The position numbers and the translations under genes are program-made. Source: Camelus dromedarius (Eukaryota). Taken from it: a DNA stretch of 64,000 bases. Under the pieces are notes generated by a model that saw nothing but the letters and a program-made list of their open reading frames with translations, was not told where the DNA came from and did no database searches. Where the stretch lies: assembly GCF_036321535.1 (NCBI RefSeq), contig NC_087436.1:68264001-68328000 (forward strand). The letters are read 5' to 3'. Below, in pieces: positions 25,740-39,900 of the stretch. Positions within the stretch are counted from its first letter, which is position 1. Each line of letters opens with the position of its first letter.

Positions 25740-27172
25740 TTATTTAGTTTAATTAGGGAAATGCAAATTTAAAACTATAATGAGATCCCACTAAATACCT
25801 ATGTGAATAGCTAAAATCCAAAAGATGAATAATAGCAAAGGCTGGCAACTAGAATTCTCATACAGTGCTGGATAAAATGCAAAAGAGTACAGCCATTTTG
25901 GAAAACAGTTTGGAAGTTTCTTATAAAGTTACCATAAAGTCTAGGAATCCCTTTCCTAGAAATAAAAACTTATGTTCTCACAAATACTGGTATACTAATA
26001 TTTAGCAGTTTTATTCATAATATTTACTTCATTTCTGCCCCAAGTGAATGCCTGGAGTTAGAATCAGACTCCACAGTTTTAAGGGTTTAATCCTTCATAA
26101 GACTGCCCTCACTTCAGACACCAGATGCAAATCTTGGGCTACCCACACTTAAGACAGCCTGGCTACAAATTCAGAGGTTCCCATAACCTCTTCAGATGCT
26201 CTAATTCATGAGAATAGCTCACAGAATTCCTGAAAAGGGCTTTGCTCCATTTTTATTATGAAGGATACAATTCGGGAACATCTAAACATAAGAGATACAT
26301 ATGGCAAGGTCTGGGAGGGTCCTGGTTGGGGGCCTTTCATGCCTTCTCCCTGTGGAGTCAGGGAATGTCACCTTCCTGGGCACATCAATATGTTCACCAA
26401 TAAGAAAGCTGCATGAAATCTCATGTCCAGAATTTTTACAGTATCATTACTTTGGCATGACTGATTAAATATTGGTCATGGTACTGAAGTCAATCTCCAG
26501 CTCCCCTTCCATCCTTGAAATTTAGGTAGCTGAAAGGTCCAACCCTCTGATCATGTGCTAGTCGCTTCTGGTGACCAGGCCCCCATCTGATGCTATCTTG
26601 GGTCCCCCTTCAGTATAAATCACCTCATTAACATAACAAAGACACTCCTGTTACATAAGAAATTCAGGATTTTTTCATCTCTGTGCCAGAAACTGTGGAC
26701 AGAGACCATTATATATTCTCCATTATACCACAATAGCTAAAACCCAAAAACAACCCAAATATCCATCAGTCAGGGAGCAGATAAGCAAATTGTGGTATAT
26801 CCACATGACAGAGTATTTCTTAGCAATAAAAAAAAGGAGCAAACTACTGATAAATGCAATAATAGGATGGGTCTCAAAAGCATTATGGTTAAAGAAGAAA
26901 GCCAGACAGGACTACATACTCTATGATTCTATTTATATAAAATTCTAGAAAACAGAGAACTATAGAACTATAGTGATAGGGAGTGGAGAGGGGTTGGAAA
27001 GGTCTGGGATTTAATGTAAAAGAGAAGAGGGATATTTCCAGAAAGAAATATTCTAACCTTGACTGCAGTAGTACGTACATAGCTGTATTACATTTGTTAA
27101 GACTTATCAAACCGTATACTTGAAATGATCAAATTTATTGGGTATGAATTATACTTAAATAAAGTTGATATT
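25740..27172 (+). mobile_element. old L1M 3' end, split by MER21
   Basis: ttagggaaatgcaaat...gccattttggaaaacagtttgg...ttattcataat / aatagctaaaa...acaacccaaatatccatca...aataaagttga. Confidence 0.85.
26022..26732 (-). mobile_element. MER21-like LTR
   Basis: aagactgccctcacttcagacacca, ggctacaaattcagaggttccca, cataacaaagacactcctg, tgtgccagaaac...attataccaca. Confidence 0.85.
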
Positions 27173-27402
27173 CATTTTTTAAGTTCTTGATTTAGAAGAT
27201 GATATCCAGCCTCAGAGACTAGAAAATAAATATTTTGATCCTCTTTTCTGAATAAGCCTAAATTTTGCTAACCTAAATCAGTATGGGTAAAAATGATCAT
27301 TAACTCGATTTTTAAATATGAATAGATTAGAAAAGGAATAGCACAGTACTGATTATGCACAAAGAAAAGTGTGCTTTGCACAACATAACTAAACAACACA
27401 TG

Positions 27403-27416
27403 ATGACTCAGCATTT
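27403..27416 (+). promoter_or_regulatory. consensus ARE/MARE (NFE2L2-sMAF) motif
   Basis: ATGACTCAGCAttt. Confidence 0.3.
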
Positions 27417-27549
27417 AAACATGGTAAAGTAGCAAAATAAAATTAGACTTTATTGGAAAGCATTAAAAACTATATATTATGAGAAGATTTATATGAAATA
27501 GAAACATGCAATAATAAATCAGTGAAAATAAAAACACGTCCCTTATGAA

Positions 27550-28908
27550 AAAAGCACCTTGATAGGGGTCTTGGCAATGATTTTTTGTATATGATACTTA
27601 AAGCACAAGCAACAAAATCAAAAATAGACAAGTGGGATTACATTAAACTAAAAAGCTTCTGCACAGCAACAGAAATGATTAACAAAATGAAAAGACAGAC
27701 TCTGGAATGGGAAAATAAATTTGCAAACCACATATCTGATAAGGGGTTAAAATCCAAAATATACAAAGAACTCACACATCTCAGTAGCAAAAGTACAAAT
27801 AGTCGAATTAAAAAATGGGCAAGGACCTGAACAGACACTTTTTCCAAAGATGACATACAAACGACCGACTGGTACATGAAAAGGTATTCAACATCACCAA
27901 TCATTAGGGAAATGAAAATCAAAAACCACAATGAGATATCACTGCATGCCTGTTAGAATGGCTATCATCAAAAAGACAAGCGATAACATGCTGATAAAGA
28001 CGAGATAAATGCTGGCAAGGATGTGGAGGAAAAGGAACCCTTGATCACTTGGTAGAATTGTAAATTGGTGGAGCCACTAAGGAAAACAATATTAAGGTTC
28101 CTCAAAAAATTAAAAATAGAACTACTATATAATCCAGCATTCTATTTCTGAATATATATCTGAAGGAAATGAAAACACTATGCTGAACTTATATCTGTAC
28201 CCCTATGTTCATGATAGCATCATTATTTACAACAGCTAAGGCATGGAAACAACCTAGGTGTTCATCATGAATGAATAGATAAAGAAGCTGTGGTGTATGT
28301 ATATATGTATATGTGTATATGTGTATATATATATATATATACACACACACATAATATCACTGAATATTATTCAGTGATAAAAAATGAGGAAATCCTACCA
28401 TTTGTGGCAACATGGAGGGAACTTGAGGGCTTTATAATAAGTGAAATAGGTTAGACAAAGACAAATATGTATGATCTCACTATACGTGGGATCTTAAAAA
28501 AAGGAAAAAAGAGAGTCATAGAAAAAGAGATCAGGTTTGTGCTTGCCAGAGGTAGGGGAGGTTGGGGGGAGGGGAAACTGGATGAAGGTGGTCAAAAGAT
28601 ACAAACTTTCAATTATAAGATAAATAAGTACTAGGGATATAATATACAACATGACAGCTACAGTTAACATTGTTGTTAGTATATATGAAACTTGTTAAGA
28701 GAGTAGATTCCAAGAGTTCTCATTATAAGGAAAAAAACCACTTTTTGGTATCTATATGAGATGATGAATTTTTATTAAACTTACTGTAGTAATTATTTTA
28801 CAATATATGTAAACCAGATCATATTCTGTATACCTTAAAGTTATACAGTGCTGTATAACAATTATATCTCAATAAAAATGGAAGAAAATAAAAATTTAAA
28901 TTAAAAAA
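27550..28908 (+). mobile_element. L1MA-type fragment (ORF2 remnant and 3' UTR)
   Basis: ORF 27585-27830 reads KAQATKSKIDKWDYIKLKSFCTA...FANHISDKGL, an L1 ORF2 match; ends atctcaataaaa plus an A-rich tail. Confidence 0.92.
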
Positions 28909-29704
28909 CCATTATCCCTGATGATAATGAAGTGTTTTGTTTTGTTTGCTAGTTTTGTTATCACTTTGTGATATAAAATTTGTTTGGAGCAAGTGAAGAA
29001 ATACTTAGTTATCATGAACCACTTTTAGTAAGCCCAGCAGTCAAATAGGCAACTTTTAAGCACGTAAAAATAAATCTTTAGTCTACTCATATTTGAATGT
29101 TATTAAGGTGATAATGATGGGAGATGTTAATTGCCCCCAATAAGAAGAGCCCCAAAACACTCTTTATTCAATTTCAAGGACCTCATTACTAGATATTTGC
29201 AGACTTCCAATAAAAGGCAGTCATAAAGGCTGAAGGCTAAAGTGATTCATTCATATGAAAAGGTCAAAAGAACATCAGGGAAGGCACACAATTAATCCTC
29301 ATTAATCTGGTCTCAGGTTATTCAAAATCAGGGTTTTGTGGAAGTTGGGGAAAACCTGAATTTTGACACAGTCTATGCATGAATGAGTTTGCATTAATGA
29401 TGATCAAGGGTTACTGAGTATGGTTAAGATGGATAATTTTTAAAAGGCAAGATAGTCCATTCCAGATAAGTTGGGGACAAAATAATAAATTAATTGTGTC
29501 TTGTTATGTTTATTCCTCAATTTTGTACATACAAAAAAAAAAACCCTATTAAAAATCGCTTCACTCAGGGATGCTTTGATGTCTAGAAAATTGGTTAATA
29601 CTGAACCCATTCAAAATCAGCTAATGTATAAAATATAATACTAAGATTTATATTTACAATAAGAAGATTTTCAAAATAATTGAAATATAACTGACATATA
29701 TTTC

Positions 29705-30790
29705 AGAAACTATCTGATAAGAAGTATCCAAAGTATATAATGAACTCACACAACTCAATAGCAAAAAAACACAAATATAAAAATGGACGAAGAACCTGAA
29801 TAGACCTTTCTCCAAAGACATGCCAATGTCCAGCAGGTACATGAAAATGTGCTCAAAGTTACTAATCATAAGGGAAATGCAAATCAAAACCACAATGAGG
29901 TATCATCTCACAGCTGTTAGAATAAATATTATCTAAAAAACAAAGATTAGCAAACACTGGCCATGATGTGAAGAAAAGGAAACACTTGTATACTGCTGGT
30001 GGGAACATAAATCAAGGCAGCTACTGTGAAAAACAATACTCATGTTCCCCCGGACAAAAAATTAAAAATAGAATTACCATCTGATCCAGAAGTCCCACTT
30101 CCGGGTATAAATCCTGAATTGAAATCAGGATCTCAAATAAATATCTACAGGTTCATTCAAGAATTATTCACAATAGCGAAATTATGGAAAAAACCTAAAG
30201 GTCCATCAATGGACACAAACAAAGAACAAAGAAAATTTGATTTCTACTACAATGAAATATTTTTCATCCTTAAAAATGAAGGACATCTGCCATTTGCAAC
30301 AACTTGCTTAGGCCTAAAGGATATTATTCTAAGTGAAATAATTCAGACACACAAGAATAGATACTGCATGATCTCACTTATATGTGGAACCTAAAATAGT
30401 CAAACATACAGAAGCAGAGAGTAGAATGGTAGTGCCAGTGGCTGGGTGGAGGGAGAAATGGGGAGGTGTTGATCAAAGGGTACAAAGTTTCAGTTATGCA
30501 ATATAAATAAGTTCTGGAGTTCTACTGGACAATATAGGGCCTATAATTAATAGTATTGTATACTTAAAAATTTGCTAAGAGGGTAGATCTTATGTTAAGT
30601 GCTCTTGCCACAAAAGAAACTAAAGGGGGCAGGAAGAAACTTTGGAGATGTTGGATGAGTTTATGGCATTAGTAGTGATGATGGTTTCAAGGGTGAGTTT
30701 ATCTCCAAACACATCAAGTTTTATACATCCAATAACCATAGCTTTGTGTATCTCAATCACACCTCAATAAAGCAGTTTAAAAATATAATT
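29705..30790 (+). mobile_element. L1MB-type fragment (ORF2 C-terminus and 3' UTR)
   Basis: ORF 30026-30394 reads KLKIELPSDP...LFTIAKLWKKPKGPS...LSEI...YCMISLICG; ends cacctcaataaagc. Confidence 0.9.
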
Positions 30791-33182
30791 AAATAAGTAA
30801 AACAAGAAGAAGAAAACTGGATTCACAATCAGCTGACTGCTTGGTGAAAATAAAATGAGGATTGTGCTTCATTAAAGTAAGGATAATCTGACTCAAATTT
30901 CAAAGACAGGTTACATTTACTTCCATCCATTAGGCATTGATTCTTGTTAGCTTTAGTTACTATCATTTTCTCACCTTGGCCCTAGATATTGAGATGCATA
31001 GTTAACTTTAGGTCATATCATCACCTGTTTAAATTATACAGTGAGAAATAGTATCCTTTAAGCAATAAAATTAAAGCATATTCTCCAATGATTTGGTGAT
31101 ATAATGTATTGTTTTCTACTGTGTAGTTGTATAAAGACTTAAATGTGACTTTAAAGTAGTAATTACTTAATTTCTAAGAAGGAGTAATAAGAGTGAATAT
31201 ATTTTGATTTTTATGAAACAATATCCCTGTTTTACTTTGCTGTTGAGTAGCTAAGTAACTTATTCTTTCAATTCTACCACATGTCACAGTGCTGGGCTCT
31301 GGGGATCTTACAGTGAACATGTAGAAGTAGTCCTTGCCTGCACAGAGCATTCTGCATACAACAATGGAATGATATGGCCTGCATTTGTTAAAACAGTATC
31401 TCTATGAGGTTCTTCTAATGAGTGAATTTCTCTGAATACTGGTTTAAATCATGTGGTCAGTGAGATACGCAAGTCTGATAGAGTGAGAACTCCCAAGGAA
31501 ATGGGAATTATATAATATGATTTAATATGTGAATGCTTAAAGAACATGTAAATTAATTGCCCACTTGATTATTTTCTTGCTATATGGGAGAATAATTGCC
31601 AGCTGATTGTGCATTGCCAGGAGCAGAAAGTTATTTGAAATGGATATTAATTTTTCATCATGCCTTGAGCCCAAATATTTTGATGAGAATACTATGAAAT
31701 TATAGTAAAAATCAATAGGGAAATAAAAAATTATATTTAATTTCAACTTTACAAATCTCTCAAATATATACCTAATATAAACAAAACATTACAAATACAG
31801 TCTTCATGATTTTTTTAAAAGAAACAAGAAAGAAATAGTAGTAAAAAATTAAATTAAATAATGGAAGAGACAAGAAAAGGCTAACAGACTATAAGGAGCT
31901 AGCGCAAGGAAACCTGATTTTAATTCACTTTCACCAACATGTACTGAGATCCCCGAGGTGCAAGCACTGTGCTAGGTTGGCCAAAAAAAAAAAAAAAAGT
32001 AAAAAATACCTGTGCTCCCAAGGTTGCACAATTTTGTGGGGATTTATTTTCTTCTCATTCTAATTTCTCTAACTCAGGATGCATACAGAGTATCTGATTC
32101 TAAATGAGTATCCAGCCCTCCTCATATATTACTGGATTGTTTGAGAGTTAATGAGAGGTTTAAGAGGAGAAATTAAAACATTCACAAGAGTCCTCCTTTG
32201 GTCAGATCCCCTTGCAAAGTGATTGAGCTTTTTTGTTGCATTTTCATGGCAGTATGTCTCTGGGTTGTTTGTGAGTTTGTCTCATCAGTAAGAAGAATCT
32301 CATTGTGCCACCCACCAAGCTCGCACTTGCTAATCACTGCTAATTGCCAACAATTGAGATCAGCAGACTGTTCACTGAGTACTGAGCTGGGTACTTAACT
32401 TACTGGCACTGAGGTTTCCTGTGTGCCCATTTCCACTAATGGATCATTTGTCCTAGAAATTGGAAGTCTCAGCATCAATCACGTAAACGAGACTCAGCAG
32501 GCAGAACCGTTTACCTTCCTCTTCACCTCCAGGAAGAGGAGGATACAGGCAGAAGCTTACATCTGGCCAGAAAGCAGGCAGCCTTGGTGGAGAGGAAAGT
32601 CCTTACTGGACTGCTAGAACGCAAGGAAAAGAAACTCCCAGAGCAGCAAACCATTTGGAAACACAGGATGATGAGAAGTGCAAGCCTTCACAGTCAACCT
32701 TTTGTTTTCAGACTCCCTGTCAACATGCCACGGCACTACAGGAAAAGTCAAAGGATGCTATGGAGATTATTCAAGCGGCAGAGCTTCTTCATATCTGCCT
32801 CAAAAGCTGCTTCCTTGTAAGAAGCCACTATCATTGTGAATCTGGAGACAAAAATCATGGAGATCAGAGACTATTGATAGCATATGGTCCTGATGCAGAA
32901 GGAATAAGGAAACAACACCTTCCGTCACCAGTCACTGTGCCTATACATCTTCCTCCAGAGGTCAGAAGGGGTATCGTTGAACCTGTGTTTGATGTGATTT
33001 ACATCTCCTTACAGTCGTGGCATGTATGTCTAATACTGACACCCCTTTAAGGGGGGAACCTCCCTGGGATTTGTTAGATTTCTTGCATACAGTGAACAGT
33101 AAACCTTATCCCCTACAGTCCCAAGCCACCCTACCTTCACCTCCCATGATTACTATTCATCATGAAAGCTTTTGTTTCAGGA

Positions 33183-33581
33183 TGTTAAAGAAAGAAACTA
33201 TTCTGATACTTGTTGAAACAGTAAGACTTTATTCAAGACTATTCATGATTGATGTCAAGACTATCACAGTAGGGGAGAGAGCGTGTGCTCAACTCTGAAT
33301 ACAACAAAGACAGCTGCAGATATATAGCCAATGGGCAGAATGAGGGTTGTCAGTGGGTGGAAAATTACTACAAGAAGACATCAAGGATAGGGTGATTCTT
33401 TGCTTAAGGCAGGCCCGAGGAATCAGGTATCAAGGGTGAGGAGAGATTCTCACTGAACTGACTTAATAGGATTCTTACTACAACTGGACTCAGCAGACTG
33501 AAGAGAGGGCCCAAGGCCAATGCTCAAAAGAGTGCTCAGAGGAATCTCTCTAAAGTTTGGTCAAAAAGAGACTCACTGTCA
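33183..33581 (-). mobile_element. MER31-like ERV1 solo LTR with 4-bp TSD
   Basis: TG...CA termini (tgttaaaga...ctgtca) flanked by agga at 33179-33182 and 33582-33585; ctcaactctgaataca and ctaaagtttggtcaa motifs. Confidence 0.88.
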
Positions 33582-34339
33582 AGGAGAGGCAGTGATCCTT
33601 ATAATAGTTCACCCCGTGTTTAGAGGTTATAAAATTGAAGAGCAGATTCCTGAGAAATACCTTATTGGAGTTTCCTAAATCAACAAGCCAGCTAGAAGCA
33701 AAAGAAGCCCCACTCAAACTAGCTTGAGTTTGGGTTTACAAAAATAGATTATTTTTATACCTTATTTTTTATATTGTTCTGCCTTCCCTCCCCAGTTCAT
33801 CCCCTTTGACCTGTGCAGATATTTCTCTTTCCCTCCAATTCTTGCAACTATCCCATCCATATTCCAGTCCCTGTTCCTACTTGTAGCTTCCCTGATTTTC
33901 ATTAACTAAACACCTCAACCTGCCCCACCTTGTCCCAATCATTTAGTTTTAATATCAATTGTTTTAAGTTCCTGGATCCAGTCCAGGTCTTGTAACTTGG
34001 GCCTGAAATATGAATCACCCCTTCCTGAATTTTATTTCTTGTTCTTTTTCTAGCTAATGTGGTCATTATCTAAACTCTAATCTAAATATCCTTTCTCTAA
34101 GGCAAAGTCCATCAAGACGACCTCTATGATGTGATTCTTTTATTTCCTCAATGCAAGACAGCTTTGAAAGTATTAGTGCCTTTGCCTGGTCATGGGGATT
34201 TTACAAAAGGAAAAAAGACTTCTTTATAAAATGAGGATCTAGGGTCTAGAAAGTTCTTATAGAGAATAGGTCCTTTAAGAGTTTTTGCATTCTTTTTATC
34301 AGATTTACAAACTGTCAGTTTGTGGTATGTTATTTTCAA

Positions 34340-35730
34340 TAATTGATTAATTTCCTCACATTTTTTTGGTCATTCCCTTCATCTCCACATCCTTAATATC
34401 CCATCCTCTTCTTTCCTCCACTCTAAGCACCTGATCTTGAATGTTAAATTTACCCAAATAGTATTGTACTAAACATCCACCTCTGCTCACTTTTTCCACA
34501 AAATATTATGCATGTTGTATGAATTCATATTGATATCTATACATCTTGTTCATCTTGTTTAACTGTGATGTATTATTCTATTTTTGGCTTATATAACAAC
34601 GCTGTCTAATTGAACATTAATTGGACATTTCCATTGTCTCAAAGTCTCGACTACTACAAATAGTGCTCTGATATATATCCTTAGCCAGGCTTATTTGGGT
34701 ACCTAGCTAAGAGTTTCCTTAAGACACATAACCAAGGAGCTGTACTGATGGGTAGTAGATTATGCAAACTTGATTCCACTAAATACTCAAGTTGGTTCCC
34801 TGAATGGTTGCTCCAATATTCTTCCTTCTAATAGTGAATGAGAGTTTCTATACTTTCAAATCCTCACTAGCATAGGACACTGTCTGACTTTTAAAGTTTT
34901 ACTCTTCTGATCAGTACACAAAATCATGTCTCATTTTAGTTTTTAATTCTACAGTTACTAAAAAAAATCAGCACTTCTCCATATAATTATTAGCCATTCA
35001 AGTTTTCTCCCTGTGAATTGCCCACACATACCTTTTGTTCACGTCTATATTCGGTTGCCTGACAGTTTCTTCTTAATTTGTAGGGATTCTTTACACTTTT
35101 AACCTTCCTTTATTTACGTATTTTTTAAACATATTCTTCCAGGTTGTTTTTAATGTTTATATATAGTACCCAATGTTAAACAGAAGTCTTTAATGTTACT
35201 ATAGTCAAATCTATTAATTTTCTTCTATTTGTTTCTTATTTTAAAAAATCTCCTCCAGATTCAAGGTTGAATGATATTCTTCTGAATTTTATTCTAATAG
35301 TTGTATAATATTTCCTTTCATGTTTGGATCTTTAATTAATTTTGATTTTAATTTTTATAGGTACAAGAATGAAGTCCATTTCCCAGTAGAATTTATTAAA
35401 TAATCTTTTTTCCACTTAGTTATGAAGCCATGACTGCTGTGCATGTGTGTATATATACATACATGTATACTCACATCTGATTATCTGATTGTCTGGTAAA
35501 ACAATACATTCTTATCTGGTTGGGTAAGCCTCCTCTCTTTACTTTTACTTTTTTCTTAGCTATTCACAGACATTTAGGCCTCTGTAAATTTTAGTGTTAC
35601 TTCGTTCATTTCTCAAAACTTTTACATTGGAATTTTTAATACAATTTCATTATGCTTATAGATTATTTTGGGAAGAACCGACATCTTTGCAATGTTAAGT
35701 TTTCCTATTCATGAGCATGTTAACTTTCTT
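34340..35730 (-). mobile_element. old L1M fragment (antisense)
   Basis: T-rich antisense L1 pattern: ttggacatttccattgt, gtgaatgagagtttc, gacatctttgcaatgttaagttttcctattcatgagcatg. Confidence 0.75.
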
Positions 35731-36511
35731 TTTCTCCAAAGAGATAAGAAATAATACCTTACTTTTGCCTCCAAAAATCCTTAGACAATGAAAGAATGGT
35801 CATAGCTTTTATATAGGTGCTGGATACTTGAATAAAGATTTATTTGGAAGGACCTACTAACATCACTGACGAAAGTGCTCAAGAGAAACAAGACAAGGAT
35901 GGAACTCTGACATGGTAACAGGGATTGTCCTCCAGATGTGGGTTCATTAGTTGAGCAGTGCTGATTGGTATCCTTTGAGCATATTTCTTCGACTAGCAGT
36001 TAATTTCTTTAGTTGTACTAGATTCTAGTCCATATTTCTCCACTATTTTCAAATGGACATAACAAGAACTTCTCTCTAAACATTCTGGGCCATTTTAAGC
36101 CTACTGTATTAGCCTAGTAATCCTTTCTGTATTGTGAAAAAAACAAATGAGGTCAGTGTGGTCTAACTTGGTCCTACTAACTAACCTTCCATGGATTTTG
36201 GTAATTGCAGTTTCCCACTCACAGTGTACCAAACCATCCCTTTAATTGTCTCTTCTAAAATCATGCCCAAATTTGATGAGAAAAATCTACCCCTGTCTAT
36301 ATCAGGCATACCAAGGCTTTCCCTATGCTTTTTATAGAGTTCACTGTATTTTATTATAGTTATTCATAGATCTGCCACTGAAGGTGAGAGCTGTACCTAA
36401 GGACAGTGCCTAGCATATGGTATATGAAATATTTTTTGAATAAATAAGTGAAACCCTTCACTCATTTTATCAATTAAAATTAAAGGCACTGACAGGAGTT
36501 TAGATTACAGG

Positions 36512-36990
36512 TGTGGTGAGCAGACTCTTAGGTGGCCCTCACAATTTCTGCCTTCTGCTATTTACATCTTTGATTATTCCCCTTCTCCTAATTGTGAGTA
36601 GGACCTGTGATTTACTTCTAACCAATCAAATACAGAAAAGTGACGGGATGTATTTGTTGTAAGTATGCAAATGCATTATATAAAATTCAAATGCCCATCT
36701 TGTGAGGAGACTCCCTCTTCTCTGTTGGTTGTAAGGAAGTAAGAAGCCATGTGGAGAAGACCCACGTGGCAAAGGACTGAAGGCAGCTCCTAACTAACAA
36801 TCAGCAAGAACCTGGAGCCCTCAGTCCAAAAACCCACTAAGAACTAAATGCTGCCAATACCACATGAGTTTAGAAGGAAATCCCTCCCCCTTCAAGCCTC
36901 AAAGGAGAGCAAACCAGTTGGCCCCTTGATTTAAGCCCCAAAGATGACTCAGCTAAGTCATGCTTGGACTTCTGACCCGCAGAAACTACG
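36512..36990 (+). mobile_element. MaLR LTR, MLT1E/F-like, 3'-truncated
   Basis: tgtggtgagcagactcttaggtggcc...cttctaaccaat...gacccacgtggcaaaggactga...gacttctgacccgcagaaact. Confidence 0.85.
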
Positions 36991-39900
36991 TATCTAATCA
37001 TCCAGGAAGCTTTATAAATATAGACATAATCCAACCTCAAACATCAGAGAATTTTAAAAAGGGTTCTCAGGTAATTCTGATGATTATCCCTGGTTGCAAA
37101 CCTTTGACCTAAATTAGCAACCAATTTTAATATAAAAATTAAAAATAACATTATATAAGAGTAGATATCTTTCTTATTGTCACAGAACTAATCATTGGCA
37201 GAGTCAGGAGTTACTTTGCCCCTTTCATACTAATACGTTTATCCATACCCTATCCTCAAATATGCAAAGGGTCTCATGTCTTAAAAAAAAAGAAAGTGAT
37301 CTTTTCATGCCTTTCCCTTATTTCTCTTCTATTTATTCTTTTCAAGTTAAATCTAGTCCTGTCTCTGAGGTTTCTGCCATTTACCACTCACTTACTCTCA
37401 TGCTTTATGACCTTTTAGCCTCACTAAATCCATTCACTGAGACACCCACAGTCTCTTCTAATCCATGGGCAACCGTGCCCACCCTGCTCTTTCCTATCAT
37501 GGTGGCACAGCCCTAAGTGATTATAAAGAAGGAACAGAGGCAAAGACAAAGATGAAAGATGATGACCTCTGTCTTACTTTGGCTTTGGCTAGCCCAGGTC
37601 TTCTCAGTTCCACCAAGAGGGTGACATAGGAGGAGGCAGAAACTGACATCAGTCCCAGAGTTCAGTTAATAGCTGACTTCCCCACTCAGGCCCCTTGCCT
37701 TCTAGTGATGAGAGAAGATTTTGCTTTACCTTCTTAGATTCACCAAACAAGAAGTGGGCCAGTGGCTACTTGGGTGTCAGTCATCCAGTCCTAAGAAACT
37801 ATAAATGCTATCAAATCAAGGCTGGTTGGAGGGGCTGGACCAGGGAAAAGGGATCTGGAAGTCTCTTTCTGAATAGGCCAGGCCTCTTGTGTTCCCATCT
37901 TGAAGCATCCCTGTGCTCTGAGGCCTGCAGCAGTGAGAGGTGAAGAACAATTCAGACCCTCCCAGCAATCCACTTAACTTACGTGAAGACAGTATTCCTG
38001 TTGGTACATTTTTTTTTCCTTTGGCTAAAAAAGTAATAAACTTCTTCTTAATTAAGTGACAAGTGTAGAAATGGTTAATTTTGGTTTTGGTAATACCACA
38101 TGAGTTGGAAGGAAAGAAGTGAATCAAATCTAAGATTATAACCAGATCCCTCCACAGCCAGGCAGGAAGTCAGGAGAGAAAACACTGCTGAGTGAACACA
38201 GTGCTCTAAACAAAGAGAAAGGGCAGGAGAGAAACCAATTCCAGAGATGTCCAAGGAGGGTGTTCAAGGTGTGATTCATTCCCAACCAATCGTGCATCGA
38301 GGTCTTGCTTTTTCCCTAAGGGCTCTGCAAGTTGGGCTGACGCAAGCCTATCAAGATTCCACTAACAGACACATCTCCACATTTTTATCTTAAGAATCTT
38401 GGTCTCCTAGGGCCATCAGAGACCTCTCAGTCTTGATTCCAGAACCACCTTTCTTATCTGAGATTATAGATTTTGAGTGCACCAAGGTCATTCCTGCTTA
38501 TTGTACAATATCTTTGCCTCTGGCATGCACCTGCCTTAATTGTAAAATAATCCTTTCTGTACCTTCTCTTCAGTCCCTTTTACATGCCTTCATTTTTAAA
38601 CACCTTTATGCCATGCACATTAACTCCCTCTAACCACCTCAACTCACACCTTTCAATGAGCACCTTGTGAAAGTCCCTTTCTTACCCTAAAGCAAGAGGC
38701 TCAGAAGTGACACTGAGAAAAGTTTCCGTTGTATCAGTGTCTATGGTTGCACTGATGCATTCTTTACCCAATCCACCTGATCTCTGTTATCTCAGCTTCG
38801 CTGAAAGGGATAAGCTTTCTATTAACAAACAGGGCAGCCTGTGTTCTCCTGCCTGTCTGCAAACGGGACTATATTTCCAGCAATTAAATTGTGCTCCCTT
38901 GATTGGAGAACCAGAACTTGAACTTGAGGCTTCCTTCTGAACGTATAATCACTCTTTCCCTTCAAATCCACCAGCAGCTGACCTCAAAACAGAAAGTTTC
39001 CCATCAGGCTTTTGGATTCTCCTTTCCCCAAATCTATTTTGGTTGTTCTCTTTGTCCCAAGACTTATCTGTGCCCCAGAGTTTTGATGGAATCTAAGTTT
39101 GTCTCTAAAAGGGTCCTCCCAAAGCAATATCATCTTTTCCCAGATATTTCTGATTTTTTTTCCTTCATATAGTCATTTGGAAAAATTTCTAACTCTTCTC
39201 TCTCTCTGTTTTTACTGGGAAGGGAAAATTGCTTACTGCTGATGGTGGCTTACAAAATAATAATTTCTTATTAAAAACAATCATAGGTAACCAGATGCAA
39301 CATATTTTAGAACAGTACATCAAATTAAATATATAGTAATAATCTTCCAGTAGGTAAGAGTAAGTCACATAAGATTTCTATTTTAAATTAGCTCACTTAA
39401 CAAGTCAAAGCTTTCTGTTCCAAGACCATAGCAATGAGCACTTGAACTACTAGCCCGTCCATTTACCCAGATGCTAGTGAAAACACAGGCGCGCAGTGAG
39501 CATAAGAGCGAGCAATAGAGTTGGCATCTCCTGGTCCTCTTTGTCTATCCTTCAGGTAATCCCAAGGTTCACATCACTGACAGCACTTCTGTCAGGGTAA
39601 GACTACTCCTGCTTTGTGAACATGACATACACAGAAGAAGTTAGGTATCTGCACCAAAGAGTAAAACAAATCCAATTATGTACCAGCGATTTTAATGCCT
39701 TTCCACTAAAACCTCAGATTGTAAAGAGCCAGGGAGCATGCTTACTTATTTATACCCTGCTTCCCTCCAAATAGGATTTGAGGCAGCTCATTGAGCATGT
39801 TAATAATGCTTATTCTCCAGATCCTATTTACTGTGTTGTGCTGCAGTAGATGTCATTACCCCTGTTTGCTCTTAGAAAATCTGACTCTTTGAAAGGTTGT

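Noticed and set aside
27585..27830. ORF with clear protein homology
   Set aside because: It is a decayed L1 ORF2 remnant, not a host CDS.
30026..30394. 122-aa ORF
   Set aside because: It is a degenerate L1 ORF2 C-terminus.
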